A DNA stretch of 53,603 nucleotides, filler included, from Bipalium vagum (taxonomy: Eukaryota): assembly GCA_037834085.1 (NCBI GenBank). It is 2 parts of 2 records of this genome, joined end to end, with 100 filler letters (N's around TTAATTAATTAA, not from the genome) between each part and the next. Parts side by side here need not be neighbours in the genome. Positions count along the whole stretch, not along the records: positions 1 to 30,688 come from JBBMKC010267353.1; 1 more part is not named here. One strand, written 5' to 3'. Below, one piece after another: positions 13,200 through 25,010 of this stretch. Every line of letters begins with the position of its first letter. The first letter of the stretch is position 1. A program made the translations under genes and the position numbers. The notes below the pieces were generated by a model. That model was not told the DNA's origin, made no database searches, and worked only from the letters and a program-made list of their open reading frames with translations.

Positions 13200-13910
13200 T
13201 TGAAAAACCTAAGTCTAATAAAACTCTAGATTATTAAGATACTGAAACCTTTAAATTTACTCAATCTAGCTATGTAAGAAACCCGATTCTCTGCTATATC
13301 AATCTGGTTCCACGAATTCACAGATTTCGTCGTAATAACTGGAAGCGAAACACCCAGGAAACTATTTATTCTATTGTTAACAATACATTTCTTTAAATAC
13401 TTCACAACATTTAACATTTTTTTAGGTGATGGTTTTTTAAAAAATTCATTTTGAAGTAAGAGTAAAATATAATAAAGATTTTTATTATTTTATGCTGTGG
13501 AGTGGGGAAATTGCACTTTACTATTCTATAGAACTTCAGCTTATATTGTTTCATGATATTAAAAACGGATGTTTTTGATATTTTCAGTTCCCGGAATATT
13601 TATCGATGGCTCAAATGCTTCCTTTCACAATCTCCTACATGAACTGATGATAAAGCTAAAGCCTTCACATCTTTACGTTTCTCATCAGAAATTCGGTTAT
13701 GGGATCCTATTCTTTTTTTGGGTAATTTGTAACGGATTTGCTTTAAAACATGCAACGACATTATCAAATTGGTGTTTGGTAACCTTTCCAAAAAAATCAG
13801 GTAACACCTTTGAACATTTTATTAATCCCCATGTAGGATTTTCCGTCTTAAACAGAATTATTACTTGTCTCTCCAAATCTGATAATATTTTCCCTTCTCG
13901 CATCAAATTA
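13200..13910 (-). mobile_element. Tc1/mariner-superfamily transposase remnant (DNA-binding region)
   Basis: MREGKILSDLERQVIILFK.. and LSHR*IFRELKISKTSVFNIMKQYKLKFYR (paired-like HTH), broken by a frameshift and a stop; the left boundary is approximate. Confidence 0.55.
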
Positions 13911-14058
13911 GCTATCTAAAAAAATCAATAATTATGAAATAGTAAATAATGAAATTGAATGTATAATGACAATAATAATTTTTTTTAAATTTCCCGGTTT
14001 TCGGATATATTATTAAAAACAATTTAACAACAATAGAAAATATTGATATAGTTAGAAC

Positions 14059-15130
14059 ATTATTTGCATGTTTTGTAGGCAAAATTTCGGATGTTAGACT
14101 TCATGCCACCAAACAACCGTTGCACACCATCTTCTGTTAATGTATCTGTCACCATTTTCCGTTTGCATCACAAATCTTTTACACTATTTACATTACCTTT
14201 TGGTCTTAGGAGTTTTCTTTTCATTATTATTCAATGTTTTTCTGTGATGCTCAGTTGCAGGCTTTTGGTGGATTTATGTCTTTTATTACATATGAGACAC
14301 AATTTTGTTGATACCAGTTCATAGTTTATTTCCTATAGTGTGAAGATGTCAGGTCTGGTCAAAACAGTACAGACTCGTTGTACAAATTAAGGAAAGGCAA
14401 CGATAACTTTATGTGGCAATCTACCACATAAAGTTTTTGATTAACAGTTCCTGAAAAATGAAAGATCCACTTTTCCTTCCGCATGTACAAATTGACTGCC
14501 AAATTAAAAATTTCTTTGGATATTTATCAAGGTTGCATTCTTTATATTTTCTATTTTCAACTTATAAAAATTTATTTTATTTAATTTATATTTATAGAAT
14601 CTAAAAAATACTAAAAAATTTTTTTCATAAATGCTTATTGTGGGAGGCTCCACACTGGAATATACTTAAAGTCTGCCTTTATGTAGGCCTCATCATCCAA
14701 AATCACACATTCGTATTTGTGAATAACTTTATCATATAATTTACGTGCTCTGGTTTTTGCTAATTTATTCTGCTTTTTTGTGCTATTTAGTGCAGTATTA
14801 ACTTACTATGAACGCAGTCCAGCTTTTTTACGGGCTCTTTGTAGGTAGGACGAAAACATATTCACTTTTTTGGCAAAATCCCTCACCGAAAGTCTGGATT
14901 ACGTTTAAAGGCTGCAACAACTACTTTTGTGGTTGAATGCATCCTTTTTTCGACCACTTCCTTTTGTTTCCAAAGAAACAGTCTCATTATATTTTTTAAA
15001 TTGATATTCTTTACATTCTCATTTAAGTATCACATGAAAAGTTCAATAAACTCATTAATAGGTACGCAGCAAAAATTGATTTTTTTTTCAATATCAATTA
15101 CTCAATTTTGAATCAAGTTTTCGCAGTCAT
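14059..15130 (-). mobile_element. Decayed near-full-length DD37E (ITmD37E/TRT-like) transposase
   Basis: AKTRARKLY..CVILDDEAYIKADFK, KKFLIWQSICTCG, LF*PDLTSSHY, KDINPP, VQRLFGGMKSNIRNF. Confidence 0.8.
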
Positions 15131-15669
15131 ATCCGGTTCTATCTGAGATTGTGTTTCACTTTCTATTTCCAACATAATATCTTTGAAAACAGGAGTTTTC
15201 AGCCTGTTAGTTAGCAATTGTAAATACATAAGTAGACTTGATGTCTAAGATGGCCATTGTTGTACTCTTGCAAACTCTCCCGAGAATTCTTCATATGTTA
15301 AAACGGAAAAAGCCTCAGTCTTCTCACTGAAAATGGGATTTTTATACACATAATGTCACAAGAGTTAGAAATTTAGTTTGCTGTAGTTACGAATATTATC
15401 TGTGTTCCGTTAGAGTTTAAAATTTATTAGTAGTTTCCGGTTTAGTATTTCAAAGCTTAAATTCGTACAGATAAATTATTCATATTCTTGAAATGATGCC
15501 AAAATTTTAAAAATTTGACATGCTTTAATTTCTATGATATGTATTTATACAATTAAGATAATCTTAAGAGTCCTTAATATGCATTTAATATAGTTCAAAT
15601 TAATCTTAATAACTATTTATTAAAGCCCAAAATCCCATAAAAATATGATACTCGGATAAACATATGGTA

Positions 15670-16598
15670 CAACATCTGACAATAAAAAATCCAGACAATT
15701 TTCAAATCAATTTTAAACTAAGAATCAATTTATTTAAAAATTTGAAGTGAGTTTTTTTCTAGAAAAGCTGCATGGTCTTTTAATGTATATACTTTAGATA
15801 ATATTAAAATATTAATGGAAAAGAAAGAAACTTTTCAAAAACTCGTGTATGCCTTTGCAAATTTGCGCAAAGATATGCCGAAATCTGCGATCGTTGTGCA
15901 CTTCATGAAGGACAAAAATGTGATTTTGAATGATGAATCTTATTTTCGTTTGTCAAACAACAATCTGGCTGCTAATTCTGGATTTTATACATCAAATATC
16001 AAAGGCACTAAATAGAATTGGAAAATTTGAGTCAAAATTACTGGTTTGGATAGCCTTCTCCGAAAAGGCCTAAGTCAACATTGTTCCGTCAGGTCAGGAA
16101 ATCAATACAAAATGTTATATCACCATGAGATAATTGAAAAAGTTTATTACTTAGCATTACAAAAACGATGAAACTGTGTTTTGGCCAGATCTTGCTTCTT
16201 CTCATTACTCGAAAGAAACGCAAGATTTCTTGAAATCTAACAACATCAATTTTGTGCCAAAACATTGCAATCCAGCGAACGTGCCTGAACTACGACTGAT
16301 CGAGGACTTTTGGCCAGAATTAAAACGTCACGGTTACGATAAAAGCTGATTGATCAGCTTCGGAGAAGAATTGAATATTCGTTGAAGAAACTTGGTCATG
16401 AACGCTTTCGCAATCTATTGAATTCCACATTTACTAGAGTCAATGCTGTACGGCGCCGTGGAATGATAAATGTCTAATTTTTTTAATTTTAAATTTAATC
16501 TTTAGTTTTTGAACAAAAATTTTCGAAATATAAATATTATAAGAGAAAAAAGAATTTTTGATTTTGTTGTGCCTGGATTTCTAATTGTCACGTTTTAG
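15670..16598 (+). mobile_element. Internally deleted DD37E transposon with TIRs
   Basis: TIRs tgacaataaaaaatccag / ctggatttctaattgtca; VILNDESYF and WPDLASSHY...NPANVPELRLIEDFW with 37 residues between D and E. Confidence 0.85.
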
Positions 16599-17372
16599 AT
16601 AGGACGTTAATAACTTAATCATAAAATAAACAGAAAATAATTTAGAAAAAGTAATAAAAAATGTAAATCATTAAAACATAAAAGAAAATTTAATATAAGA
16701 TGAGAAATTATTTCTTGAACATCTATAAGATTTTCTTCTAATAATTTTCTGGAAAAAAGTCTATAAACATTTTAAGAATTGCCGTCATTGATTCCAATCT
16801 GTTCAATTTCAAAAAAGTTTTGTAAGCTTGAGAAATTTAATTCGTTTATAAATAATAAAAAATTATACTGTGATCATATACTCACCAATTGATTCATACA
16901 AGCATCTGCAGATATTTACCAAAATAGTAATATAATACTTCTACACGGAAGTTAAGCAAAACAAAATTAACAGATTTATTAATCGCTTTTCCAAATATTA
17001 ACTCTAATTATTATTAATATTAATGATAATAAATATTAATAATTACTTAAGGAATTGATAAAAACCTGACAAACCTGTACAAAATACTTTAGCCACTGAT
17101 CATTACCACTCTCTCTTGATTTTTAAGGACATTATAAAAAATTAAATTAATAAACATGTCAAGATAAATATATAAAATAATTTATAAATTAATATATAAT
17201 AATAATTGATAATAATGTAAATATTAAAATTAAATAAAAGTAATAATATAATATAATTTTTGAATGTTCTCTTTCATAAAAAAACGAACATTTTAAAAAT
17301 TTTTTTTACACTTTTATTTTACCTATTTTATTTCAATTTTTATTTTAAAAGAAAGTACGTAAGCATAAATTA

Positions 17373-18590
17373 TAAAGAGTGCAAATAAATAATGCGGATT
17401 TATTTAAAATAGATTTAGTAAGATATCGAAATATAATATTGAATTGAAATATAAATAAATTTTTTTGAATAAAATCTAATTAATCAATCATTTAAATTTT
17501 CATAATATGTTAAAAATTTCAGAATTTTTAGATCTAAATATGGCAAAATTTACGCCAAACAAAGAACACTTGCGGGAAGTTCTCATTCGGTACTTCACGA
17601 TGAACAAAACTACCGCAGAAAGCTACAGGATTTTATGCAATGATTTTTGAAAATATGTAGTATCTCAGGAAACTTGCGAGCGTTGGTTTATCGCTTCAGA
17701 AGTAATGATTTCAGTGTAAAGGATAAATAACGCCCAGACCGTCCCTGCAAATTTGAAAACCAGGATTTACAAAATTTATTGGATAAATATGTCTGTTTTT
17801 GGATTTTTTACATGGTATGGGTAAGATAAAGGAAGAAAATGAATGCCTCATCAATTGAATGAAAGACAAATATAAAAAACCGAAAAGTATTCAGTGACAT
17901 GCTCTTACAACGGCATTGAAGAAAATCTTTCTTCCATTGAATATTGGCAGGAGATGGAAAGTGAATCTAGTTTAAAAATCCCAAACATACGAAAGCATAC
18001 GTTAACCGAGGTCAACCATCCAAACAAACTCCAAGGCCAGACAGCTTCGGAAAGAGCAATGGTCTGCGTATGGTGAGATCAGTAAGGCGTGGTGTACCAT
18101 GAGCTTCTCAGACCAGGCGAAAGTATTAATTAGGAAAGATACAAAAACCATACAGCCCAGCTGAATCAGTCGTTAATAGTTAAACGTCCAGAATGTGTTA
18201 AAAAACGTGACAAAGTAATTATTTTACATGACAATGCAACGCCTCACACTTCTAAAGCAGTTAAAAGCATGTTAAAACATATGAAATGGGAGTTACTCAC
18301 CCACTCGCCGAATTCACCAAATCTTGCTTCTTCCGATTTTCATCTGTTCCGTTCAATAGCACATGGACCTGCTGAACAGCACTTCAAATCGTACGAAGAT
18401 GTCCAAAATTGGGTCTCTCGATGGTTCTAGAAAATTTCTTATGGGATGGCATTCACAAATTTACTGAAAGATGGAAGAAATGTGTGTATAACAATGGCAT
18501 TATTTTGAATAAATTATTTTTTATTGTTGTTTTAAAATTACCATGCATCGGTTATTAAAAAATCCGCATTATTTATTTGTACTCACAATA
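17373..18590 (+). mobile_element. Mos1-like (mauritiana-type) mariner, decayed; transposase 17540-18512
   Basis: TIRs gagtgcaaataaataatgcggatt / aatccgcattatttatttgtactc; MAKFTPNKEHLREVL, MVCVW, LHDNATPH, SPNLASSDFHLF, GHYFE*; many stops and frameshifts. Confidence 0.92.
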
Positions 18591-18779
18591 TAAACCCCCA
18601 GCACATATGTAGACTAAGTAATAGCCACGTAGAAAGTTGATGTATTTTTATTCCAAGGATTTTAAAACAATGTTTATAGTTTTATGAAATACATGAGGCT
18701 TGTAAAGCGGTCTTGTATTGATTCATAAGCAGTCACTTCCACTTATTACAAGTCTAATAATAATATTAATAAATGTATT

Positions 18780-19180
18780 TAAATACAATTTTATTATCTC
18801 AAAGATTATTGTTTATAAATCTGTTTTTTATAGAATGAGAATCTTTAAAAGAGAAAAATTGCAAACCTCAAATTTAATCTCTTCTCTATTTCGGAATGCT
18901 AATTAAAAAGATGGTATTCAATTAGATAAATATTGACAAGATATGGAGTATCTGGCAACACTCCTTATAACAAGTCGCAGATTTCTCACGTGTGACTATG
19001 CATTATCGTGGAGCATCCATACCTAATTTCTATGGATAAGAGCAGTATGGTTTCATAGACGTCTAATTTTTACACGTTCCAACTGCTGAACTGCAGTCAT
19101 TGTCTGATCATTGTCAAGAAATTTGTGATCAATGATAAAACAAACATTCCAACATGTTCAAATCATGATCGAAAATTAAC
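18780..19180 (-). mobile_element. Mariner transposase fragment
   Basis: Minus-strand FLDNDQTMTAVQQLERV and WMLHDNA*SH. Confidence 0.6.
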
Positions 19181-19631
19181 AATAAAGTAGAACTTTTAAG
19201 TAAAAGGTTTATGTCATTCTATGAATTGCACTGTAAGGAATAAGTTATTCCTCAAGTTTTTTTTCTTGATCTTGATATAATTTTTAATGATATTTAAAAC
19301 AATTTTATTTTATATACATTACTACATATAATAACACTTACAACATTTTTCATTTGATAAAATCATTTTTTTCAGAGCTTTACCTTATTTTCGAAACTGG
19401 AATTAAGAAAAAAGGTAAAAAATATCTTAAACCAGTAATAAACAAAATAAAAATCAAATTACAAAAATTTCGAAATAATAATTTATTGGCGTTGCATTTA
19501 TAACAACAAAAAGAGAATATACATTTCAATTGATATTGAAAAAAAGAAAAGTCTGGTAATATTATCTTCATGTAAATGAAATCTGGAAATCATTGGAAAA
19601 TTGTCTAAACTTATAAATCGAAGTCGTTTGG

Positions 19632-22600
19632 CTACAATGTCTTTTTTATGTTAAAATTCATCGCATTTTGTTTAGCTTTCTTGCTGAGAAGAATTCTGTT
19701 GGACTTATCTTTAAGTTCTCTCTTAATGTTTCTTGTGCCAGAAGCCATTCTTTTCTTAAGGTATGGCGTTGAAACAATGTTTTGAATTGACGCTACGGTG
19801 TGACGACTTTCAAAAGGCGAAGGAAAAAGATTTCTGCTTTGCAAACAGTTTACTGATAAACTTCGCAATATAGAATCATCTATATTCGTTATGATTGAAT
19901 TATCTACCTGAAATTGAGGTTTTTGGGAATTCCTTCTGCTATCAGACATTCGACCTTTCTTTGGTCTTCTAATATCAACTGGAACATTTTTCATTCGGCT
20001 AAGTACTTGATTATAAATTTGTGATTTGTTAGGCCTTCTTTTTATGTTTGATATCTTAGGAAGTTTCTTTTTTTTTATCACTGTCGGAAGACATTCATCA
20101 ATTACTGAAGAAATGTTAATGGGTTTAGAGTTTCTTATGGGCGATTGGCCATATATTTTCTTCATTGCCGTATTATTGTCAAATCTTATGGATTTTAACT
20201 TTTTTCTCTTATCATTTCTATTTCTTGAAGAGATAGATTGTAACGATTTCGATTTCTTTTCTTTTTCTAAGTATCTCAGTGCCTCATTTAAACTAAGTTG
20301 ATCAGAATGGACCCTAAATGCAGACTCGCCCTGACCATCAAAATAATCATGAGTTGGAGATCTTTCATTTTCAACTTTCATTATCACGTTGTTTTCTAAC
20401 AGTTTTTCAATAACACATTGAACGATTTCATTAATAAGATAAACATCCACATTTTCCATCATATCGGGCTCATTGGATTCAGACATGATGTCAGTGGGCT
20501 GGCCTGAATCAGAATGTTTATTTTTTAACAAATAATCCAAGGTATTGATGTTTGACATGGATTCTCTAGGATATTGTTTTCCCGTATTTTTATCTTTTGA
20601 CATTGCCTGAAGCATTTTGCAAATATTTGCCAAGGTATTTTCAATCATTTTTTTATCGGTTTTGTTCTCACATATTTGTTTAAGGCCTAAATATAAGTCT
20701 TTTGGAATATTAATATCTTCTCCATTTAGCGTTGAATTTTCTTTCAAATGATTAAAGCAATTTGATAACATATGAAGAAATTCTTCACTTCTTGATAGTA
20801 TTTTTTTTAATTTTCCAAGTAATTCATCTATTTCTTTATTAGGTATATCGGTTTGCATTAGAGAATAATTTAATCCTCCATTACTGCTTCTTATATCTTG
20901 CCATGAACTAGTTTGTGGAGGTCTTTTAAAGTTTCCCCCTAAGTCATCAGGACTTTCACTTTTTAAGATATCGTTTCTAAATGACATTCTTTTGCCCAGC
21001 GACTTACGCTGTTGACTTTTGAGGATATCTTTTTCATCTTGTGTTTTATTTAATAAGCTCATTTCATCATATTTTCTAAGGTCATTCCTATTGTCCATAT
21101 CATATTTTGGTTGGTTTATTTTATCTATTGAAAATTGATTTGGAAAATTTGTTAAATTTCCTGATGATAAAGTTCTTTTTGTGTTATCTAAAGAGCTTCT
21201 TTTACTTTCACGCCGAATGAAGTCTTTATGACTTTTGCGTGGTGTTTTAATGGAATCATTGTTTGTTAATCTCAACTTGTCCAAATCACCGTTACCTGTA
21301 GTTTTGTTACTTTTCAATTTATCATCTGACCCTTTGGTAAAGGATGACACGTGTCTGATATTAGAGTATCTGGTTGGTTTTGTTTTTGACGAATCACGAT
21401 CTTTGTTATTGGGTTTCTTCATTTGAGAACTGTCACCATCTTTCTGATCATCTTTAATTTTTGATGATCTTCTTTTTATCATACCTAAAAATCCCGAATC
21501 TCTATCTAAATAATTATGAACAAAATCCTTAAACGTGTCTTGTGAAGATGTAAAGTCAAAAGTAGTTGCTGAATTATAATCCTTGTTAATGATATCAGGT
21601 TGATTTTCATATGTAGAAATGAGCTTCTCTGGATATTTTAGTGTAATAAGAGAATGAGTTTCTTTTGAAAATTCTTTTGGCTCAACTTCCACAAAAATAT
21701 TATCAATTGATTTTCTTCTTTTGCTTTCCTCTTCAAATACTTCTATTTCATCTTGAATATCTGGTGTTGATTTAATCCTATCAATAGTGTTGATTTCTCT
21801 TAACGAAATATCTCCCTCCTTAACTTCATTTAACGTACTGGCTTTTCTTCTTACTTGTAATTCTTGTGGAATTTCAATATGAACATCATTTATTTTTTGC
21901 TCAATTTCACTGACTCTCTTATCAACGGGTTTGCTATTATCCAAGCTTCTTATTTCGCTTTTTCTCCTCAATGGTTTATTGTCTAGAATACTTTGTCTTT
22001 TAACTCCAAACCCTTGTTTATCACTAGTATCAACCCTATTTGATTTATCACTTTCAGTAATTCCATTCTTGGTCTTTTTGTGTTTTATTTTTTCAAAAGA
22101 CTTAGTAATGTTCGATTTTCTACGTGTTCCTATATCTTCACTATTAGAAGACTTATCATTTTTAGTTTTCTCATCTTTATTTTTTAGTAAATCTTTTCCC
22201 ATAATACTTTCTTTACGCTTCACCTTTGTTGATTTATCAAGAGAACCAACTGTTCCTATAACTTCGCTCTCAATTTCACTCTTTTTATAATTATGTTCTT
22301 CTATCTCACCAGTATCAATTTTATTTTGAGGAGACCTTATACTCCTCTTTCTACTGTCAATACTATATTTCTCATTTTCTATATTTATCTCAGATACCTT
22401 TCTATAATTATCTTTCACCAATGGTTTGAATGATTTAATACTTTTAGTTCTAACCTTGCTCTCCTCGCTTATGTCATTTTCTTTCAATAAATTTGAGCTT
22501 ATTTGACTACTTCTGATGGATTTATTCCGATTTGTAACATTTCTAGATTCCTGAATAACTGGTGAATTGTCAGTAATCACATTTTGTGTGGAAGAAAAAG

Positions 22601-25010
22601 TTGATTGAATAGGTGCATGTATTTCTTGATATTTTGGGCCATCAATAAACGACGCAATTGGTTCTAATTTAGCTCTTTCTGAGACTATAAGCAAAGAAGG
22701 TTCAGAAATCTTGACTTCATCATCTTCATCATTTTCATCATCTTCATAAACTTCAACATTTTCTATCACTTTCTGTTTAATTATGGATTTTCTTACAGTT
22801 TCTCTATCTTCGTTGTCCCTTTTAGTATCTGAGATATTCGAAATTTCCTGTCTCCTAATTGATTTTCTTACAGTTTCCTTATCTTCATTGCCATATTTAA
22901 CATCTGTGATATTTGAAATCAAATCTTGAGTGAATCGTTCAGAAAGTTTTCTAGGCATATTCAAATTGTATGATTCTCGAACGGATATTAAACTGTTTCT
23001 ATCTATTTTATCTGACTCTGACTCCGATACGACATACTTAACACTGGATCGGTCATCTTTCAGTTTACCTTTTTTCTTACTGCTTGTAGTGTCACTTTCA
23101 CTTGTTTTCAATTGTCGTAATTTATTATAAAACTCAAGTGGTAAAAGCTGACTTTTTTTTCGATTAAGCAAACTTAATTCAACTTTCACTTTAATATCAC
23201 TTGTTCTTCTACTACGTTGCGATACATTTTGTGAATCTCTCCCTTCACCTAACGCCGATTCTTTTTGTAATAATTTTTGCGATTTAAGAATGCGTTTTTT
23301 TACTTTTGGTGATGGATAAGCATCATTTTCCGCCATAAAATCATAAAGCAATCTTTTCAAATCTTCTATGTCTATAGAATTATTAGAAAGCCTTTTGACC
23401 CGTACTCCATCAGTTTCTTCTATGAGGTTAACATAACTTTCTATCAATGATCGTCTTCCTTCAACTCCCAAACAAATAACTGGATCACCACGACATATTT
23501 TGCAATGATCATAATCGTCCATTTCTTCCACTAACTCACTATCATAATCTTTATCTGACAAGCTCTCCTGATTTGCATTGGAGAGATATTCTTTAGTTGA
23601 ATATCTTTCTTCAATATGATATGTTTTAGATTCAGGGGACTTCTCTGAATCCGAAGACTCTAATACAGCCATGTTTTGATCTACTATGATGTTCAAAATT
23701 GATTCCCTTTTACCAGAATTCTTTGAAGCACCATTCTGATCTTCCATTATTTTAGAATCCTTAATATGTTCATTACTATAATTACTATTAAAAATATTAG
23801 ATCGTTTTTTAAAATGATCACAAGTTTCAGTACCTGCAAATACAAAGGGAAATTTTGTTCTACCTTTTATATCTACATGATGAAAATCGTTACTCTCAAC
23901 CCGAACAGATTGAATAAAATAAATGTTTCGCCGATAAGATGAGAGATTTTCCAAGGAGAACCTTTGGATTTCATGGATTAACACATTATCTGTTAGAGAA
24001 TGCATGAATACGAAATTTTTGGTTTCTATATTATTAAATGTATAATAAAATGATGATTGATGAGTAAAAATGTTTGCCTTATTAATTAATGTTTTGAAAT
24101 CTTTATTAATAGAATGAAGTTGTTTGATTTTTTTAAACAGAAAAGTGTCCTTGACTAAATGTGGTGAAAAAAGTCCTTTTGTTTTACTGCACTTAATTTC
24201 CAAACATTCGTTTTTTGGTAATTTCAAATTTGTCAAATCATTTTTATTTGATGACTGGTATTTTTGAATTGCTTTTTTTTTATTGTTTAAGTTTTGCTTA
24301 TTTTTACTTTCCATTAGTTTCGATGGTAAAACATTGGTAAGCATTTTGAAATGTTGTTTCATAAACTGGAAATTGTTTGGCTGATGAAGATTTTCCTTTG
24401 AATTATTAACAGAAATATTTAAGGGCTTGTCATCACACTTTTTGGATGATTTGTCATGGTCCAAGGATTTGACAGTTCTTATTTGATCTTTCTCAAACTC
24501 TTCTTTTTCATTCATAGACAATATCTCTGTACTTTCGGATAGGGTCTCGTCTGTAATCTCATTGACCTGATCATAGAGCTTAGACTTGTTATACTTTTGT
24601 ATTAAGTGCTTCACGATATTTGACATAATTGGTTTGAGCCTTTTGACAATTTGCTTATCTGACTTCCTTGTAACCTGATCCAAACGTTGAAGACTGATAA
24701 ATTGTGGACTGATGTTTTGACTTTCTTCATCAGATGTATACGTATAAGCGAAGTTAATTTTATAATGCTGTACTTCCTTTGACTTGGAATTCTTAGAAGA
24801 ATTCGATAAATGCGTTTCATAGTCGGACTGAATTGTTGAAGATTTTGAGGATAGAAACGTACACTCCTTATGTTCAACAGCTAACATAGAATTCGAGGAG
24901 TTCAACAACTCTTCCTTAGATTTTTCCAGCCTGTTTTTACGAGATTCATATATGTTCAAGGAACCTGTATATTTTATTTTAATATGATTCGAATTAGGTT
25001 TTTGAATCAT
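19632..25010 (-). CDS. 1792-aa K/S/N/D/E-rich low-complexity protein of unknown function
   Basis: 5.4-kb uninterrupted ORF in very AT-rich DNA, far too long to arise by chance; no recognisable domain or TE motif. Confidence 0.85.
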   Translation of the reverse strand: MIQKPNSNHIKIKYTGSLNIYESRKNRLEKSKEELLNSSNSMLAVEHKECTFLSSKSSTIQSDYETHLSNSSKNSKSKEVQHYKINFAYTYTSDEESQNISPQFISLQRLDQVTRKSDKQIVKRLKPIMSNIVKHLIQKYNKSKLYDQVNEITDETLSESTEILSMNEKEEFEKDQIRTVKSLDHDKSSKKCDDKPLNISVNNSKENLHQPNNFQFMKQHFKMLTNVLPSKLMESKNKQNLNNKKKAIQKYQSSNKNDLTNLKLPKNECLEIKCSKTKGLFSPHLVKDTFLFKKIKQLHSINKDFKTLINKANIFTHQSSFYYTFNNIETKNFVFMHSLTDNVLIHEIQRFSLENLSSYRRNIYFIQSVRVESNDFHHVDIKGRTKFPFVFAGTETCDHFKKRSNIFNSNYSNEHIKDSKIMEDQNGASKNSGKRESILNIIVDQNMAVLESSDSEKSPESKTYHIEERYSTKEYLSNANQESLSDKDYDSELVEEMDDYDHCKICRGDPVICLGVEGRRSLIESYVNLIEETDGVRVKRLSNNSIDIEDLKRLLYDFMAENDAYPSPKVKKRILKSQKLLQKESALGEGRDSQNVSQRSRRTSDIKVKVELSLLNRKKSQLLPLEFYNKLRQLKTSESDTTSSKKKGKLKDDRSSVKYVVSESESDKIDRNSLISVRESYNLNMPRKLSERFTQDLISNITDVKYGNEDKETVRKSIRRQEISNISDTKRDNEDRETVRKSIIKQKVIENVEVYEDDENDEDDEVKISEPSLLIVSERAKLEPIASFIDGPKYQEIHAPIQSTFSSTQNVITDNSPVIQESRNVTNRNKSIRSSQISSNLLKENDISEESKVRTKSIKSFKPLVKDNYRKVSEINIENEKYSIDSRKRSIRSPQNKIDTGEIEEHNYKKSEIESEVIGTVGSLDKSTKVKRKESIMGKDLLKNKDEKTKNDKSSNSEDIGTRRKSNITKSFEKIKHKKTKNGITESDKSNRVDTSDKQGFGVKRQSILDNKPLRRKSEIRSLDNSKPVDKRVSEIEQKINDVHIEIPQELQVRRKASTLNEVKEGDISLREINTIDRIKSTPDIQDEIEVFEEESKRRKSIDNIFVEVEPKEFSKETHSLITLKYPEKLISTYENQPDIINKDYNSATTFDFTSSQDTFKDFVHNYLDRDSGFLGMIKRRSSKIKDDQKDGDSSQMKKPNNKDRDSSKTKPTRYSNIRHVSSFTKGSDDKLKSNKTTGNGDLDKLRLTNNDSIKTPRKSHKDFIRRESKRSSLDNTKRTLSSGNLTNFPNQFSIDKINQPKYDMDNRNDLRKYDEMSLLNKTQDEKDILKSQQRKSLGKRMSFRNDILKSESPDDLGGNFKRPPQTSSWQDIRSSNGGLNYSLMQTDIPNKEIDELLGKLKKILSRSEEFLHMLSNCFNHLKENSTLNGEDINIPKDLYLGLKQICENKTDKKMIENTLANICKMLQAMSKDKNTGKQYPRESMSNINTLDYLLKNKHSDSGQPTDIMSESNEPDMMENVDVYLINEIVQCVIEKLLENNVIMKVENERSPTHDYFDGQGESAFRVHSDQLSLNEALRYLEKEKKSKSLQSISSRNRNDKRKKLKSIRFDNNTAMKKIYGQSPIRNSKPINISSVIDECLPTVIKKKKLPKISNIKRRPNKSQIYNQVLSRMKNVPVDIRRPKKGRMSDSRRNSQKPQFQVDNSIITNIDDSILRSLSVNCLQSRNLFPSPFESRHTVASIQNIVSTPYLKKRMASGTRNIKRELKDKSNRILLSKKAKQNAMNFNIKKTL

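Noticed and set aside
20026-23130. Several hydrophobic plus-strand ORFs (91, 63, 119 and 66 aa)
   Set aside because: Antisense shadows of the K/E/N-rich 1792-aa ORF
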